A stretch of 63,296 nt of DNA, the filler included. It is 4 parts of 4 records of this genome, joined end to end, with 100 filler letters (N's around TTAATTAATTAA, not from the genome) between each part and the next. Parts side by side here need not be neighbours in the genome. Positions count along the whole stretch, not along the records: positions 16,704 to 34,738 come from DRR378314_815; 3 more parts are not named here. The stretch is one strand, 5' to 3'. Of this stretch, positions 21,629-31,163 are shown in pieces (positions within the stretch are counted from its first letter, which is position 1; every line of letters starts with the position of its first letter). The notes under the pieces are model-generated. The model ran no database searches. It had not been told where the DNA came from and was given only the letters and a program-made list of their open reading frames with translations. Both the position numbers and the translations under genes were made by a program.

Positions 21629-22104
21629 CAGTTTGCCTCCTTTTTCTTTTGAGAGGCTTTATCCAGTGACGCACTTGCACTGCTATGAAGCATGAAAGTA
21701 CTGACGCTATTGGCGATGGGATCATCCGCAGTTTCGTGATAAGCAACCGCCCGCACAAACGCGATTTGCCGCGTCAACCGATAGCAGGATGCCTTGGCCA
21801 GCACATCCCGTCCCGGCTCCGCAGATTTCAGATAATCAATGCGCAAATCCAGAGTTGCAATCGGCAGGTATTTTTTGAGCTTGGCATAAATGCACATGCC
21901 TGATGCGGTATCAATTAACGTGGTGACAATGCCGCCATGCAGGACACCGCTAACCGGATTTCCAACAAATCGCTCATCATAGGGCAGCCGCATAACCACA
22001 GAGTCGCTGCTTAGGTCTTCGACCTTGATCCCAATATCACCGCAATGGGGGATGCCCACATCGATTATGTTTTGTATTTGTTTAATATCAAATGCTTCTG
22101 ACAT
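21628..22104 (-). CDS. PaaI family (hotdog) thioesterase
   Basis: GNPVSGVLHGGIVTTLIDTASG, ATLDLRIDYL. Confidence 0.9.
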   Translation of the reverse strand: MSEAFDIKQIQNIIDVGIPHCGDIGIKVEDLSSDSVVMRLPYDERFVGNPVSGVLHGGIVTTLIDTASGMCIYAKLKKYLPIATLDLRIDYLKSAEPGRDVLAKASCYRLTRQIAFVRAVAYHETADDPIANSVSTFMLHSSASASLDKASQKKKEAN

Positions 22105-22109
22105 TTTCT

Positions 22110-23093
22110 TTATGTTCTTTCAAAATACGCGCGGTACCATTCGACGAATTTCGGGATACCGGTTTCAAGCCGTGTTGCCGGCTCATACCCCACCGCTTTT
22201 CGAAGCGGATCAATATCGGCAAAAGTCTCTTTCACATCGCCCTTTTGCATCGGCAGAAGGTCCAGGTCGGCTTTGACGCCCAGTGACTTTTCCAATACCG
22301 CGACCAACTCCATCAGCGGCTCAGGGCGATTATTACCAATATTATAGACGATATAAGGGGGATGTCCTTCACCACCATCTTCTGGAATATGCTTTACCAG
22401 CTTCATGATCCCGCTGACAATATCATCGATATAGGTAAAGTCTCGCTTCATGTCGCCATTATTGAAAATTTTAATGGAGTTTCCTGCGAGCAAAGATTCA
22501 GTAAACATCCAATAGGCCATATCCGGCCGACCCCAGGGCCCATAAACTGTAAAGAACCGGAGCCCGGTAGTCGGAAATCGATAAAGATGGCTATAGCTAT
22601 GAGCCATGAGTTCATTGGATTTTTTGGTCGCAGCATATAAGGAAACGGGCTTATCCACCGATTGCGACACGGCATACGGCAGTTCCTTGTTACCGCCATA
22701 AACAGAACTGGAACTGGCGTAAAGCAAATGCTTCAGATGCGGATTATGACGGCAATATTCCAGAATATTGACAAATCCAACCAGGTTGGACTGCACATAG
22801 GAATGCGGATTTTCCAGGCTATACCGAACACCGGCTTGCGCCGCCAGATGGATAACATATTCAATTTTCTTATCTGCCAATGCCGCAGCTAGCGCGCTCT
22901 GATCTGCGATATCCACTTTCGCAAAGGTAAAATTATCGAATTTTGCCAGCTCTGTCAGGCGCGCCTTTTTCAGAGAGACATCATAATAGTCGGTCAAACA
23001 GTCAATACCGAAGACTGTTTCGCCTGCCTGCAGTAGCTGTTTGACGACATACATGCCGACAAAACCGGCGGCCCCTGTAACCAGATAAGTCAT
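22110..23093 (-). CDS. NAD-dependent epimerase, UDP-glucuronate 4-epimerase type
   Basis: TGAAGFVG, HLAAQAGVRYS, YASSSSVYG, YAATK, RFFTVYGPWGRPDMA. Confidence 0.92.
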   Translation of the reverse strand: MTYLVTGAAGFVGMYVVKQLLQAGETVFGIDCLTDYYDVSLKKARLTELAKFDNFTFAKVDIADQSALAAALADKKIEYVIHLAAQAGVRYSLENPHSYVQSNLVGFVNILEYCRHNPHLKHLLYASSSSVYGGNKELPYAVSQSVDKPVSLYAATKKSNELMAHSYSHLYRFPTTGLRFFTVYGPWGRPDMAYWMFTESLLAGNSIKIFNNGDMKRDFTYIDDIVSGIMKLVKHIPEDGGEGHPPYIVYNIGNNRPEPLMELVAVLEKSLGVKADLDLLPMQKGDVKETFADIDPLRKAVGYEPATRLETGIPKFVEWYRAYFERT

Positions 23094-23280
23094 CTATCCC
23101 GTATCCCTTTGAATTTTTTGGCACTCTAAACCAACTGATTTTTTATTGGACAGGAAAAAAGTTAAAAACCCCCTACGAAACATTCTTTCTATATGTCAGT
23201 ATTATTGACCTTTATTGAAAAGGCTGCTACATTCCTTATATTAAGTAATACAAATTTGCATGAGCTAGGGAGTAATAAGT

Positions 23281-26200
23281 ATGAAGCTTGCTGACGTAAC
23301 GCTCGACGATAAATATACGCTCGAACAGGGCCGCGTTTTCCTGACAGGTATTCAGGCGCTGGTCCGTCTTCCGCTCGTCCAGAAAGCCCGCGACCGGGCT
23401 GCAGGACTGAATACGGCAGGCTTCATCTCCGGGTATCGCGGCTCCCCTCTTGGTGGTTATGACCAAGCGCTGTGGAAGGTTCGCCCGCTCCTGAAAGAAA
23501 ACGACATCCATTTTGAACCTGGCATTAACGAGGACCTGGCCGCTACTGCCGTCTGGGGCAGTCAACAGCTCAACATGTATAAAGGCGCCAATTATGATGG
23601 CGTTTTCAGCTTGTGGTACGGCAAAGGGCCCGGTGTCGACAGAACCGGCGATGTCTTTCGTCATGCCAATTCCAATGGCACCTCAAAACATGGGGGCGTT
23701 CTTGCCCTTGCCGGTGACGATCACGGGATCGTCTCCTCCACCGTTGCCCACCAAAGCGAACATGGTTTCATGAGCTGGATGATGCCAGTACTGCATCCTG
23801 CCAATGTGCAGGAAGTGTTGGATTACGGCCTGATGGGGATTGCCATGTCTCGTTACTCGGGCCTTTGGGTTGGGTTCAAATGCATCTCTGAAACGATTGA
23901 GGGCGGCGCCTCCGTTTATGTGGATCCAAATCGGGTTAATATCAAGATCCCGGATTTACAATTGCCCCTCGGCGGGCTGAATATCCGCTCCCACGATAAC
24001 CGGTTCGATCAGGAAGTCCGCCTGACCCAACATAAGATCTATGCTGCCCGTGAATTTGCCAGACTGAACAAGCTGGATAAAATCACCATGGACAGCCCCA
24101 AACGCCGCTTTGGCATTGTAACCACCGGCAAAGCCTATCTGGATGTGCGTCAGGCCCTTCGTGATCTGGGCATCACCGATGAAATGGCCGCCGATATCGG
24201 CCTCAGTGTTTACAAGGTCGGCATGCCCTGGCCACTGGATCCGGAAGGGGTTCGAAGCTTTGCCGAAGGACTGGAAGAGGTTCTGGTGGTTGAGGAAAAA
24301 CGCGCCCTTGTGGAAAACCAGATGAAGGAGCAGCTCTATAACTGGCAAACCGGCGTGCGCCCGCGCATCATTGGCGAGTTTGATGATAAGGGTGCCCATA
24401 TTCTGCCATCTGCAGGGGAATTAACACCGGCTCTGGTTGCACGGGTTATTGCCGCCCGTATCCGCCGTTTTTATACATCAGAGCATATTGAAAACCGCCT
24501 GGCCTTTCTGGACCGCAAAGAAAAACAGCTCAATCAATCGCCTGCCAAAATCAACCGCACACCCTTTTATTGTTCCGGTTGTCCGCACAACACATCAACT
24601 GTCGTGCCAGAGGGAAGCCGCGCGGTTGCCGGCATCGGCTGTCACTATATGGTGACCTGGATGGACCGAAACACAACCGAATTCACCCAAATGGGCGGTG
24701 AAGGGGTTCCGTGGGTTGGTCAACAGCATTTCACCGACGAAAAACATATTTTCGCCAATCTGGGCGATGGCACCTATCATCACTCAGGCCTCCTCGCCAT
24801 TCGGCAGGCTATTGCCGCTAAGGCCAACATCACCTACAAGATTCTTTATAACGACGCGGTCGCCATGACCGGCGGTCAGCCCCTTGATGATCAACTCACC
24901 CCCTGGCAAATTGCCCAGCAGGTTGCCGGTGAAGGCGTAGCCACCATCAAAGTCGTATCGGACGAGCCGGACAAATATCCCTCTTCCATTGAATGGCCGA
25001 AGGGAACCACCTTTGATCACCGCGACGATTTGGATAAAATCCAGAAGGAAATGCGCGAACTTTCGGGTGTGACCATCCTTCTGTATGATCAGACCTGCGC
25101 TTCTGAAAAACGCCGCCGCCGCAAGCGGGGCAAATTCCCTGATCCGGCAAAACGGGTCATGATCAATGATCTTGTCTGTGAAGGCTGCGGCGACTGTTCG
25201 GTCAAATCCAACTGCATTTCCGTCGAGCCGCTGGAAACCGAATTTGGCCGTAAACGCACCATCAACCAGTCTTCGTGCAACAAAGATTATTCCTGCGTCA
25301 AAGGGTTCTGCCCAAGCTTCGTAACCATCGAAGGCGGCGACCTTCGCAAGCCGGAAAAAAGCGATAAGGCTGACCCGGCCTCAGACGTTCCCCTGCCCGC
25401 CTTGAAAGAGGTAACTCACCCTTACCGCATTCTGGTAACCGGAATTGGCGGCACAGGTGTGGTTACCATCGGCGCGTTGATGAGCATGGCCGCCCATCTG
25501 GAGGGCAAAGGCGTTACCGTATTGGATCAGGCCGGCCTCGCCCAGAAAGGTGGCGCGGTTACAAGCCATATCCATATCGCCCAGAAGCCTGAAGATATCA
25601 GCGCCGTTCGCATTCCAGCAGGCCGCGCTGACCTGCTGATCGGCTGCGATATGGTGGTTGCTGCCTCCTACGACTCGCTTGCCAAGCTGGATGTGGGCAT
25701 TGCCAAAGCCGTCGTGAACTCTCACCCGGCACCGACAATGGACTTCACCCTGAACCCGGATGCGCCGTTCCCAATTGCCGATACCCTCGCGCATATTGAG
25801 GATGCGGTCGGCAAAGAGGCCTGCTCCCTGATCGAGGCTAGCGACATTGCGACAACCCTGATGGGCGATGCCATTGCCACTAACCTCTTCATGCTGGGCT
25901 ATGCTTTCCAAAAAGGCTTTGTCCCGCTGAGCCGGGAATCGCTGGAACGGGCTATTGAGCTGAACGGGATCGCCATCGACGCCAACAAGCTTGCGTTTGC
26001 CTGGGGCCGACTGATGGCACATGATCCCGACAAAGTACTGGCTGAGGTTGAAAAGCTCAAAGGCCCTGACGACATCCTGCATCCGACTGAGGATCTACAA
26101 ACCATGATCGCCCGCCGATCAGAGTTCCTCACCGATTATCAAAACAAGGCTTATGCCGATAGCTATGCCAAGGTGATTGAAACCGTCCGCCTGACCAAGG

Positions 26201-26733
26201 ATAACAATTTGATCAAAGCATCGGTTAAATCCCTGTTTAAGTTGATGGCTTACAAAGATGAGTATGAGGTGGCCCGCCTGCATGCCGAAACAGGATTTAA
26301 GGACCGCATTGATCGGATGATGGCTGGCGATTACACGGTCAAATATCATCTGGCCCCACCGCTCTTTGCCAAAAAAGATCCAGAAACCGGTCACTTGAAA
26401 AAAGCGGAATATGGCCCCTGGGTTGGCAAGGCTTTCGCAAAGCTTGCTAAACTGAAAGGCTTGCGCGGCACCGCCTTTGATCCTTTCGGCTACACCCAGG
26501 AGCGAAAAGAGGAACGAAAACTCATCACCCATTTCAAGGGAACGCTGTCTTATGTGGCGGAGCATGTATCGGATCAGAACCGGGCCATCGCCCTTGAGCT
26601 TCTGGAACTGCCCATGAAAATCCGTGGATATGGTCATGTGAAGGAAAAAGCGATCGAGCAATATTATGCGGAACATGATCACCTGATGCAGCTTTTCAAC
26701 AATCCTACAGATGTCCAGAAAGCTGCTGAATAA
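23281..26733 (+). CDS. Indolepyruvate:ferredoxin oxidoreductase family protein (fused alpha/beta)
   Basis: SGYRGSPLGG, YCSGCPHN, GIGCH, NLGDGTY, CEGCGDC...C ferredoxin, GIGGTGV, YKDEYEVARL. Confidence 0.94.
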   Translation: MKLADVTLDDKYTLEQGRVFLTGIQALVRLPLVQKARDRAAGLNTAGFISGYRGSPLGGYDQALWKVRPLLKENDIHFEPGINEDLAATAVWGSQQLNMYKGANYDGVFSLWYGKGPGVDRTGDVFRHANSNGTSKHGGVLALAGDDHGIVSSTVAHQSEHGFMSWMMPVLHPANVQEVLDYGLMGIAMSRYSGLWVGFKCISETIEGGASVYVDPNRVNIKIPDLQLPLGGLNIRSHDNRFDQEVRLTQHKIYAAREFARLNKLDKITMDSPKRRFGIVTTGKAYLDVRQALRDLGITDEMAADIGLSVYKVGMPWPLDPEGVRSFAEGLEEVLVVEEKRALVENQMKEQLYNWQTGVRPRIIGEFDDKGAHILPSAGELTPALVARVIAARIRRFYTSEHIENRLAFLDRKEKQLNQSPAKINRTPFYCSGCPHNTSTVVPEGSRAVAGIGCHYMVTWMDRNTTEFTQMGGEGVPWVGQQHFTDEKHIFANLGDGTYHHSGLLAIRQAIAAKANITYKILYNDAVAMTGGQPLDDQLTPWQIAQQVAGEGVATIKVVSDEPDKYPSSIEWPKGTTFDHRDDLDKIQKEMRELSGVTILLYDQTCASEKRRRRKRGKFPDPAKRVMINDLVCEGCGDCSVKSNCISVEPLETEFGRKRTINQSSCNKDYSCVKGFCPSFVTIEGGDLRKPEKSDKADPASDVPLPALKEVTHPYRILVTGIGGTGVVTIGALMSMAAHLEGKGVTVLDQAGLAQKGGAVTSHIHIAQKPEDISAVRIPAGRADLLIGCDMVVAASYDSLAKLDVGIAKAVVNSHPAPTMDFTLNPDAPFPIADTLAHIEDAVGKEACSLIEASDIATTLMGDAIATNLFMLGYAFQKGFVPLSRESLERAIELNGIAIDANKLAFAWGRLMAHDPDKVLAEVEKLKGPDDILHPTEDLQTMIARRSEFLTDYQNKAYADSYAKVIETVRLTKDNNLIKASVKSLFKLMAYKDEYEVARLHAETGFKDRIDRMMAGDYTVKYHLAPPLFAKKDPETGHLKKAEYGPWVGKAFAKLAKLKGLRGTAFDPFGYTQERKEERKLITHFKGTLSYVAEHVSDQNRAIALELLELPMKIRGYGHVKEKAIEQYYAEHDHLMQLFNNPTDVQKAAE

Positions 26734-26753
26734 TCAGCATCACGACACCAATC

Positions 26754-26786
26754 GCCAATTGGTCCTTTAAAAGAGGATCAATTGGC
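26754..26786. terminator. Stem-loop after the IOR gene (probable terminator)
   Basis: GCCAATTGGTCCTTT-AAA-AGAGGATCAATTGGC inverted repeat; no clear T-tract. Confidence 0.5.
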
Positions 26787-26838
26787 CCTCGCCTTCCCAG
26801 CCAGAGTTCGGCATTTCTTGAGGTCAGGAGACCTCATC

Positions 26839-27051
26839 ATGCTAAAGCTGAAAGACAAATGCGAAACCTGCGCTGCGTCGTTGATCAATGGGCAGGCCGA
26901 TGCCTACATCTGCACCTTCGAATGCACGTTCTGCGCCCCCTGCACCCAGGAAACCCATCAGCAGACTTGCCCCAACTGCGGCGGCAATCTTCTATTGCGG
27001 CCAACCCGCCCAGATAAATTTAAAGCGAAATATCCTCAGGCGGAGGGGTAA
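26839..27051 (+). CDS. DUF1272 family Cys-rich (probably Zn-binding) protein
   Basis: CETC...ICTFECTFCAPC...CPNCGG...RPTR; AGGAG RBS before ATG 26839. Confidence 0.88.
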   Translation: MLKLKDKCETCAASLINGQADAYICTFECTFCAPCTQETHQQTCPNCGGNLLLRPTRPDKFKAKYPQAEG

Positions 27052-27331
27052 CTGAGGTTTGCCGCTTTTTTGTCTTTCGCTTTTTCTTGGCTGTTTTCAA
27101 GGCCGGATTGAGCCCGTCCAATAGCAACCGGATAAGGGTCGCCGTTTCCATATTCAATTCAATTTTATCAGGGCAATCTGTGGCGGTTTTTTCATGACGT
27201 TTGGCGGCTGCCTTTAGTAGCCGTTTCACATCCCGGTCATCCAGAATGTCTTTATGGACCAGCTCCTGCACCAGAAGCTCCACAATGGTCAGGGCCGCAA
27301 ATCCTGCTTTGTCTGCTGAAATCTGTCTCAT
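27020..27331 (-). CDS. Hypothetical helical protein with basic C-terminal tail
   Basis: 103-aa ORF with amphipathic helices and KKKRKTKKR; 3' end overlaps DUF1272 by 32 nt. Confidence 0.6.
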   Translation of the reverse strand: MRQISADKAGFAALTIVELLVQELVHKDILDDRDVKRLLKAAAKRHEKTATDCPDKIELNMETATLIRLLLDGLNPALKTAKKKRKTKKRQTSVTPPPEDISL

Positions 27332-27420
27332 GGTTCCCAGAAAAAAGGGCTGTGCAAACGGCTCACACAGTCAACTACACTTAATAAGTGCAAATTAGAA
27401 TTCAAGATCACCTATATATA

Positions 27421-28410
27421 TTAGGGATCTTTTTCGTCCTTTTCCGCTAATTTTGGCGACCAGCCGGGACGCCGAACCATATAGCCAATGCCCTGCCAAA
27501 AGGTTCGCGCCATGAAAAAATCCCGGAGAATTAGTCTATATTCATGGAAATTCACTTTCAGCGGGTTAATGGAATTCACCGGCTCTGTAATTCCAAAGAC
27601 CACGGGTTCCTCCTCCGCCTGATACGTGCCGAATATGCGATCCCAGACAATCAGAATTCCACCATAATTTTTATCCAGATAGCGGGGATTTGATCCGTGA
27701 TGAACCCGGTGAACTGATGGGGTATTCAAGACTTTATCCAGCCATCCCAGCTTGCCAATTTTCTGGGTATGGATCCATGTTTGATAACTGACGACAGTCG
27801 CGATGGCAATCAGGGTTTGACCGGCATCAAACCCCATCACGATCATGGGCACAAAGAACACCCATTCAAACGCCCCCTCGATCCACGAGAGCCGCAGCGC
27901 CGTCGTCAAATTAAATTCCGGGGAGGAATGATGCACACTGTGATAGGCCCACAGCAATCTGACCTCATGTTCAAAGCGGTGCATCCAGTAATAGGTGAAA
28001 TCCGCAACCAAAATAACGGCAATCCAGCTCCACCAGGTTATGGGAATTTGGGTAACAGAAAGTTTTTGAACGGCAAATAGTCCGATCACGAAAATAAGTC
28101 CAAACACAGTCTTCTCGACAATCAGGTTCCCGATTGCAATCAGGTAGTTGGCAGCTGTTTCACTGGGCTTTCGCCGTGTTTTAGCGACAAAATCCCAAAT
28201 GGTTTCACCGACAATCAGAAAAAGAAATAAAAGCCCCGCCCACTCCAGAATCTGAAAACTGATCTCAAAATTCAACAGATGCAGAGTGATCGGGTCAGTT
28301 TCGACATCTGTTTCAGCACCGAAGAAAAGCATATCCAAAGGCGCGAAAGTCAGCAGTAAAAACCCGCCGACCCCTAAAACAGCCAGTGCCCAATGACTTT
28401 GACGGATCAT
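27421..28410 (-). CDS. Fatty acid hydroxylase/sterol desaturase family protein, alkylglycerol monooxygenase-like
   Basis: His boxes YYWMHRFEHE, HSVHH, WIHT, HRVHHG; KNYGGILIVWDRIFGT. Confidence 0.9.
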   Translation of the reverse strand: MIRQSHWALAVLGVGGFLLLTFAPLDMLFFGAETDVETDPITLHLLNFEISFQILEWAGLLFLFLIVGETIWDFVAKTRRKPSETAANYLIAIGNLIVEKTVFGLIFVIGLFAVQKLSVTQIPITWWSWIAVILVADFTYYWMHRFEHEVRLLWAYHSVHHSSPEFNLTTALRLSWIEGAFEWVFFVPMIVMGFDAGQTLIAIATVVSYQTWIHTQKIGKLGWLDKVLNTPSVHRVHHGSNPRYLDKNYGGILIVWDRIFGTYQAEEEPVVFGITEPVNSINPLKVNFHEYRLILRDFFMARTFWQGIGYMVRRPGWSPKLAEKDEKDP

Positions 28411-28431
28411 TTTTCCTCCTTTATAATAATG

Positions 28432-28449
28432 AATGAACGTTCGTTCATT
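28432..28449. promoter_or_regulatory. Probable TetR operator
   Basis: Palindrome AATGAACG-TT-CGTTCATT in the 56-nt gap between the divergent hydroxylase and TetR genes. Confidence 0.75.
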
Positions 28450-28466
28450 TAATAAATAGGGAACTT

Positions 28467-29102
28467 ATGACAACTCCACAAGAGCCAACCCAAAAAAACC
28501 GTCGGCAAGCGGAAACCGATAAACGGCGTGCTTTTCTACTGGAAACGGCCATCACTGCGTTTATGGAGAAGGGTTACCACCAGACCGGTATCCGCGACAT
28601 TGCAAAGCGGGCAGGCGTCAGTCTTGGAAACCTGTATAACCATTTTCCCGGCAAAGAAGCGGTCCTGCTGGAGATTGCCCGCTTGGAGGCTGAGGAACTG
28701 ACAAAATTCTCGAACATTCTGGAAGGTACCGGCACCCCTGCGGCCCGGCTAAAAACCTTCGTCGGTGAATATCTGGCCTACTGTTGCCGCCCGGAAAATG
28801 TGTTATTGACCATTGAAATCACGTCGGAGGCCACGCGAAACCCCTCTGTCGGCGAAATCTATTCTGAAAACAGGCGCAGCTTTTTGACGGAGGTAACAGC
28901 TTGCCTGAATGCAGCCGCTGAGCAGCAGGAAATCTCTCCCCTCCCCCAGCCGGATAGAGTTGCCCATTACATCCTTTCGTTAACCGAAGCCGAAGGACAG
29001 CGAATTTGTTTTGAGGAGCGGAAATTCAACCAACAGGATGCGGCTCTCCTCTGGGCAATGATCTTTCAGGGCCTCAACGGTGACACATCGTCCACAACAT
29101 AA
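28467..29102 (+). CDS. TetR/AcrR family transcriptional regulator
   Basis: FMEKGYHQTGIRDIAKRAGVSLGNLYNHFPGKE HTH. Confidence 0.95.
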   Translation: MTTPQEPTQKNRRQAETDKRRAFLLETAITAFMEKGYHQTGIRDIAKRAGVSLGNLYNHFPGKEAVLLEIARLEAEELTKFSNILEGTGTPAARLKTFVGEYLAYCCRPENVLLTIEITSEATRNPSVGEIYSENRRSFLTEVTACLNAAAEQQEISPLPQPDRVAHYILSLTEAEGQRICFEERKFNQQDAALLWAMIFQGLNGDTSSTT

Positions 29103-29133
29103 AAAAAGCTGCGCAGCAATCTGCGCAGCTTTT
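29101..29133. terminator. Bidirectional Rho-independent terminator
   Basis: AAAAAAAGCTGCGCAG-CAAT-CTGCGCAGCTTTT between convergent genes. Confidence 0.88.
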
Positions 29134-29163
29134 CGTCTGGTTTATCCAAATTGCGGCTACGTC

Positions 29164-30480
29164 TTATTCAGCCGGAATTGCCGCCCAGTTTCCGTTCCGA
29201 TCCAGATATTTGGCGCCATCATCTGAATAAAACCGGCCCGTGCCGGCGTCTTTCAAGATTTTTAGCATGGCAGGCAGTTCTTTTTCGTCGGCTTCAAGTT
29301 TGGCAATGATCTTATCAGCGCCCAATTGATCGAGAAGTTCAAATGGCCCTTTGCCCCAACCGAAGCCCCAGCGCATTGCCCGGTCAATATTGACCACATC
29401 ATCGGCAATTTCCGGGATCAGATCTGCCGCATATAACAGCGTGCCACCCATGACATCCCAGACAAGCTGACCTTCCGCATCATCGGCAAAGAAAACCGTC
29501 TGCGGCGCCTGATGGTCACTGGAAAGCTCCACCGCTTGCACCGGCCGCCAGGTTTCAGTGGTCAGGTCGAAAATTTCTTTTGTCTTGCTTCCATCATCGG
29601 CAATATTCAGCCGATAAAAGCCGCCTTTGGCTTTGCGGCCAAGTTGCCCGCGTTCCAGCATCGCCTGCTCAGCCGCAGGAAAGCTTGTATAGGAAAGTCC
29701 AACGTCCCCATTGGGCAGGTTGGCCTTAAGGTTTTTACCGACCAGATCCATGATGTCCAGACCGATCAAATCAATCAGTCCGTAAAGACCGGTTGGCGGC
29801 AATCCGACGGGTTTACTAAGCAACGCATCCACTTTTTCCATAGGCATCCCGGCATCCAGCGCCGCTTTTGCTTTATGCAGGCCAGAAAGCATAAAGAAAC
29901 AACCGATCCGGTTGCCAATGAAATTAACTGTATCCTTGGCATAAACAACGCCCTTGCCCAGCTTTTCCCCACAGAACCGGGCCAACGCATCTGTCACATC
30001 CGGTGTGGTTTTCTCTCCGGGGATCAGCTCCATCAGACGCATGATTTTGACAGGATTGAAAAAATGGGTGACGACGATGTCTTTTTGAAGCCGTTCAGGC
30101 ATGTCAGCCGCGATATCCTTCAGTGGAATACCTGACGTGTTTGTGGACACGACTGATCCGTCCCGGCGCAACGGCTCCAGCTTGGCGAACAAGTCCCGCT
30201 TTGTTGCCAAATCTTCAACGATGGCCTCACAAATCCAGTCATAACCCTCTATTTTCGGCAGGTCATCGGAAAAACTACCTAGCTTGATCCGCTTGGCAGA
30301 ATCTGGATTTTCAAAGGCAGGCGGGCGAATATTGATCATGCGATCAAGGGAGGCCTCCGCCGCTTGCAGTGTCACATCCAACAACAGCACATCGGCCCCG
30401 GCATCAGCGGATGCCGCTGCAATTCCAAGCCCCATGGTACCGCCGCCCAGTACGGCAACTGATTTTACATCTCTGGTCAT
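29164..30480 (-). CDS. 3-hydroxyacyl-CoA dehydrogenase (FadN-like, no hydratase domain)
   Basis: GGGTMG, EAIVE, STNTSGIP, HFFNP, NFIGNRIG, IDRAMRWGFGW..GPFE. Confidence 0.92.
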   Translation of the reverse strand: MTRDVKSVAVLGGGTMGLGIAAASADAGADVLLLDVTLQAAEASLDRMINIRPPAFENPDSAKRIKLGSFSDDLPKIEGYDWICEAIVEDLATKRDLFAKLEPLRRDGSVVSTNTSGIPLKDIAADMPERLQKDIVVTHFFNPVKIMRLMELIPGEKTTPDVTDALARFCGEKLGKGVVYAKDTVNFIGNRIGCFFMLSGLHKAKAALDAGMPMEKVDALLSKPVGLPPTGLYGLIDLIGLDIMDLVGKNLKANLPNGDVGLSYTSFPAAEQAMLERGQLGRKAKGGFYRLNIADDGSKTKEIFDLTTETWRPVQAVELSSDHQAPQTVFFADDAEGQLVWDVMGGTLLYAADLIPEIADDVVNIDRAMRWGFGWGKGPFELLDQLGADKIIAKLEADEKELPAMLKILKDAGTGRFYSDDGAKYLDRNGNWAAIPAE

Positions 30481-30559
30481 ATTGCGTCCTCATCAACAGA
30501 ATGACCTGAGTTACCATTTGCAGCGCATTTGATAAACCGCAAAAGCGGCTTTGCGACAT

Positions 30560-30589
30560 AAAAAAAGGCGGCCCCATCACTGGACCGCC
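30560..30589 (-). terminator. Terminator after the 135-aa gene
   Basis: GGCGGTCCA-GTGA-TGGGGCCGCC stem followed by T7 on the minus strand. Confidence 0.8.
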
Positions 30590-30621
30590 CGTTTCGGTTA
30601 TGCAGGTTGCAACAGCTGCGT

Positions 30622-31029
30622 CTAGACTTCTGCTTCCAGTGTCATGGCAAAGTCCTTGATCACTTCTTCGGTAATTCTGGAGTTTGGGAAAACCTCAGAC
30701 ACCTTGGCGTGAATTTCCGCAGGGGATAACCCGTCGCGATAATTCTCAATAATCAGATTCTGGATTTTCTCCCGCTGAGGCTTGGTCCTGGCGACCGCGA
30801 TGCGAACCGCCGCATCTTTAGCTTCAAGGAGCTTTTGCAGAGCAATCATCTTCTGGGAATGATCGGGAAGCTGCTCGACTAGCGAATGCGCCAGCTTATT
30901 GAACGGCATGCTGATATTCTGCAATCCTTCGGGCAAATGCTTATAGTCAAAGAAACACAACATATCTTCATACTGGGCCCGGGCTAGGATGGCCTGGCGC
31001 TTTGCTATTCCTTCAGTCTTCTGACTCAT
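30622..31029 (-). CDS. Hypothetical protein: phage-type helical hairpin (Acb2/Tad1-like pattern) fused to an HTH-like tail
   Basis: FFDYKHLPEGLQNISMPFNKLA...LP...KMIALQKLLEAKDAAVR followed by GLSPAEIHAKVSEVFPNSRITEEVI; GGAG RBS; own terminator. Confidence 0.75.
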   Translation of the reverse strand: MSQKTEGIAKRQAILARAQYEDMLCFFDYKHLPEGLQNISMPFNKLAHSLVEQLPDHSQKMIALQKLLEAKDAAVRIAVARTKPQREKIQNLIIENYRDGLSPAEIHAKVSEVFPNSRITEEVIKDFAMTLEAEV

Positions 31030-31148
31030 GACTATCTCTCCGCATTCTTGGGGGCATTGGTCTGGACTTCCGTAAAAAGTCCGTCTTACAAAAGCCAGAA
31101 TAACGCCTAAAAGTTACCTAAAAGTTTAACAAAACGTAAAAATTCTGG

Positions 31149-31163
31149 TTAATATTCCGTTAA
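31149..31163 (-). promoter_or_regulatory. CtrA box upstream of the 135-aa gene
   Basis: Minus strand TTAA-CGGAATA-TTAA(C), full consensus; degenerate copies at 31126-31140 and 31107-31121. Confidence 0.65.
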
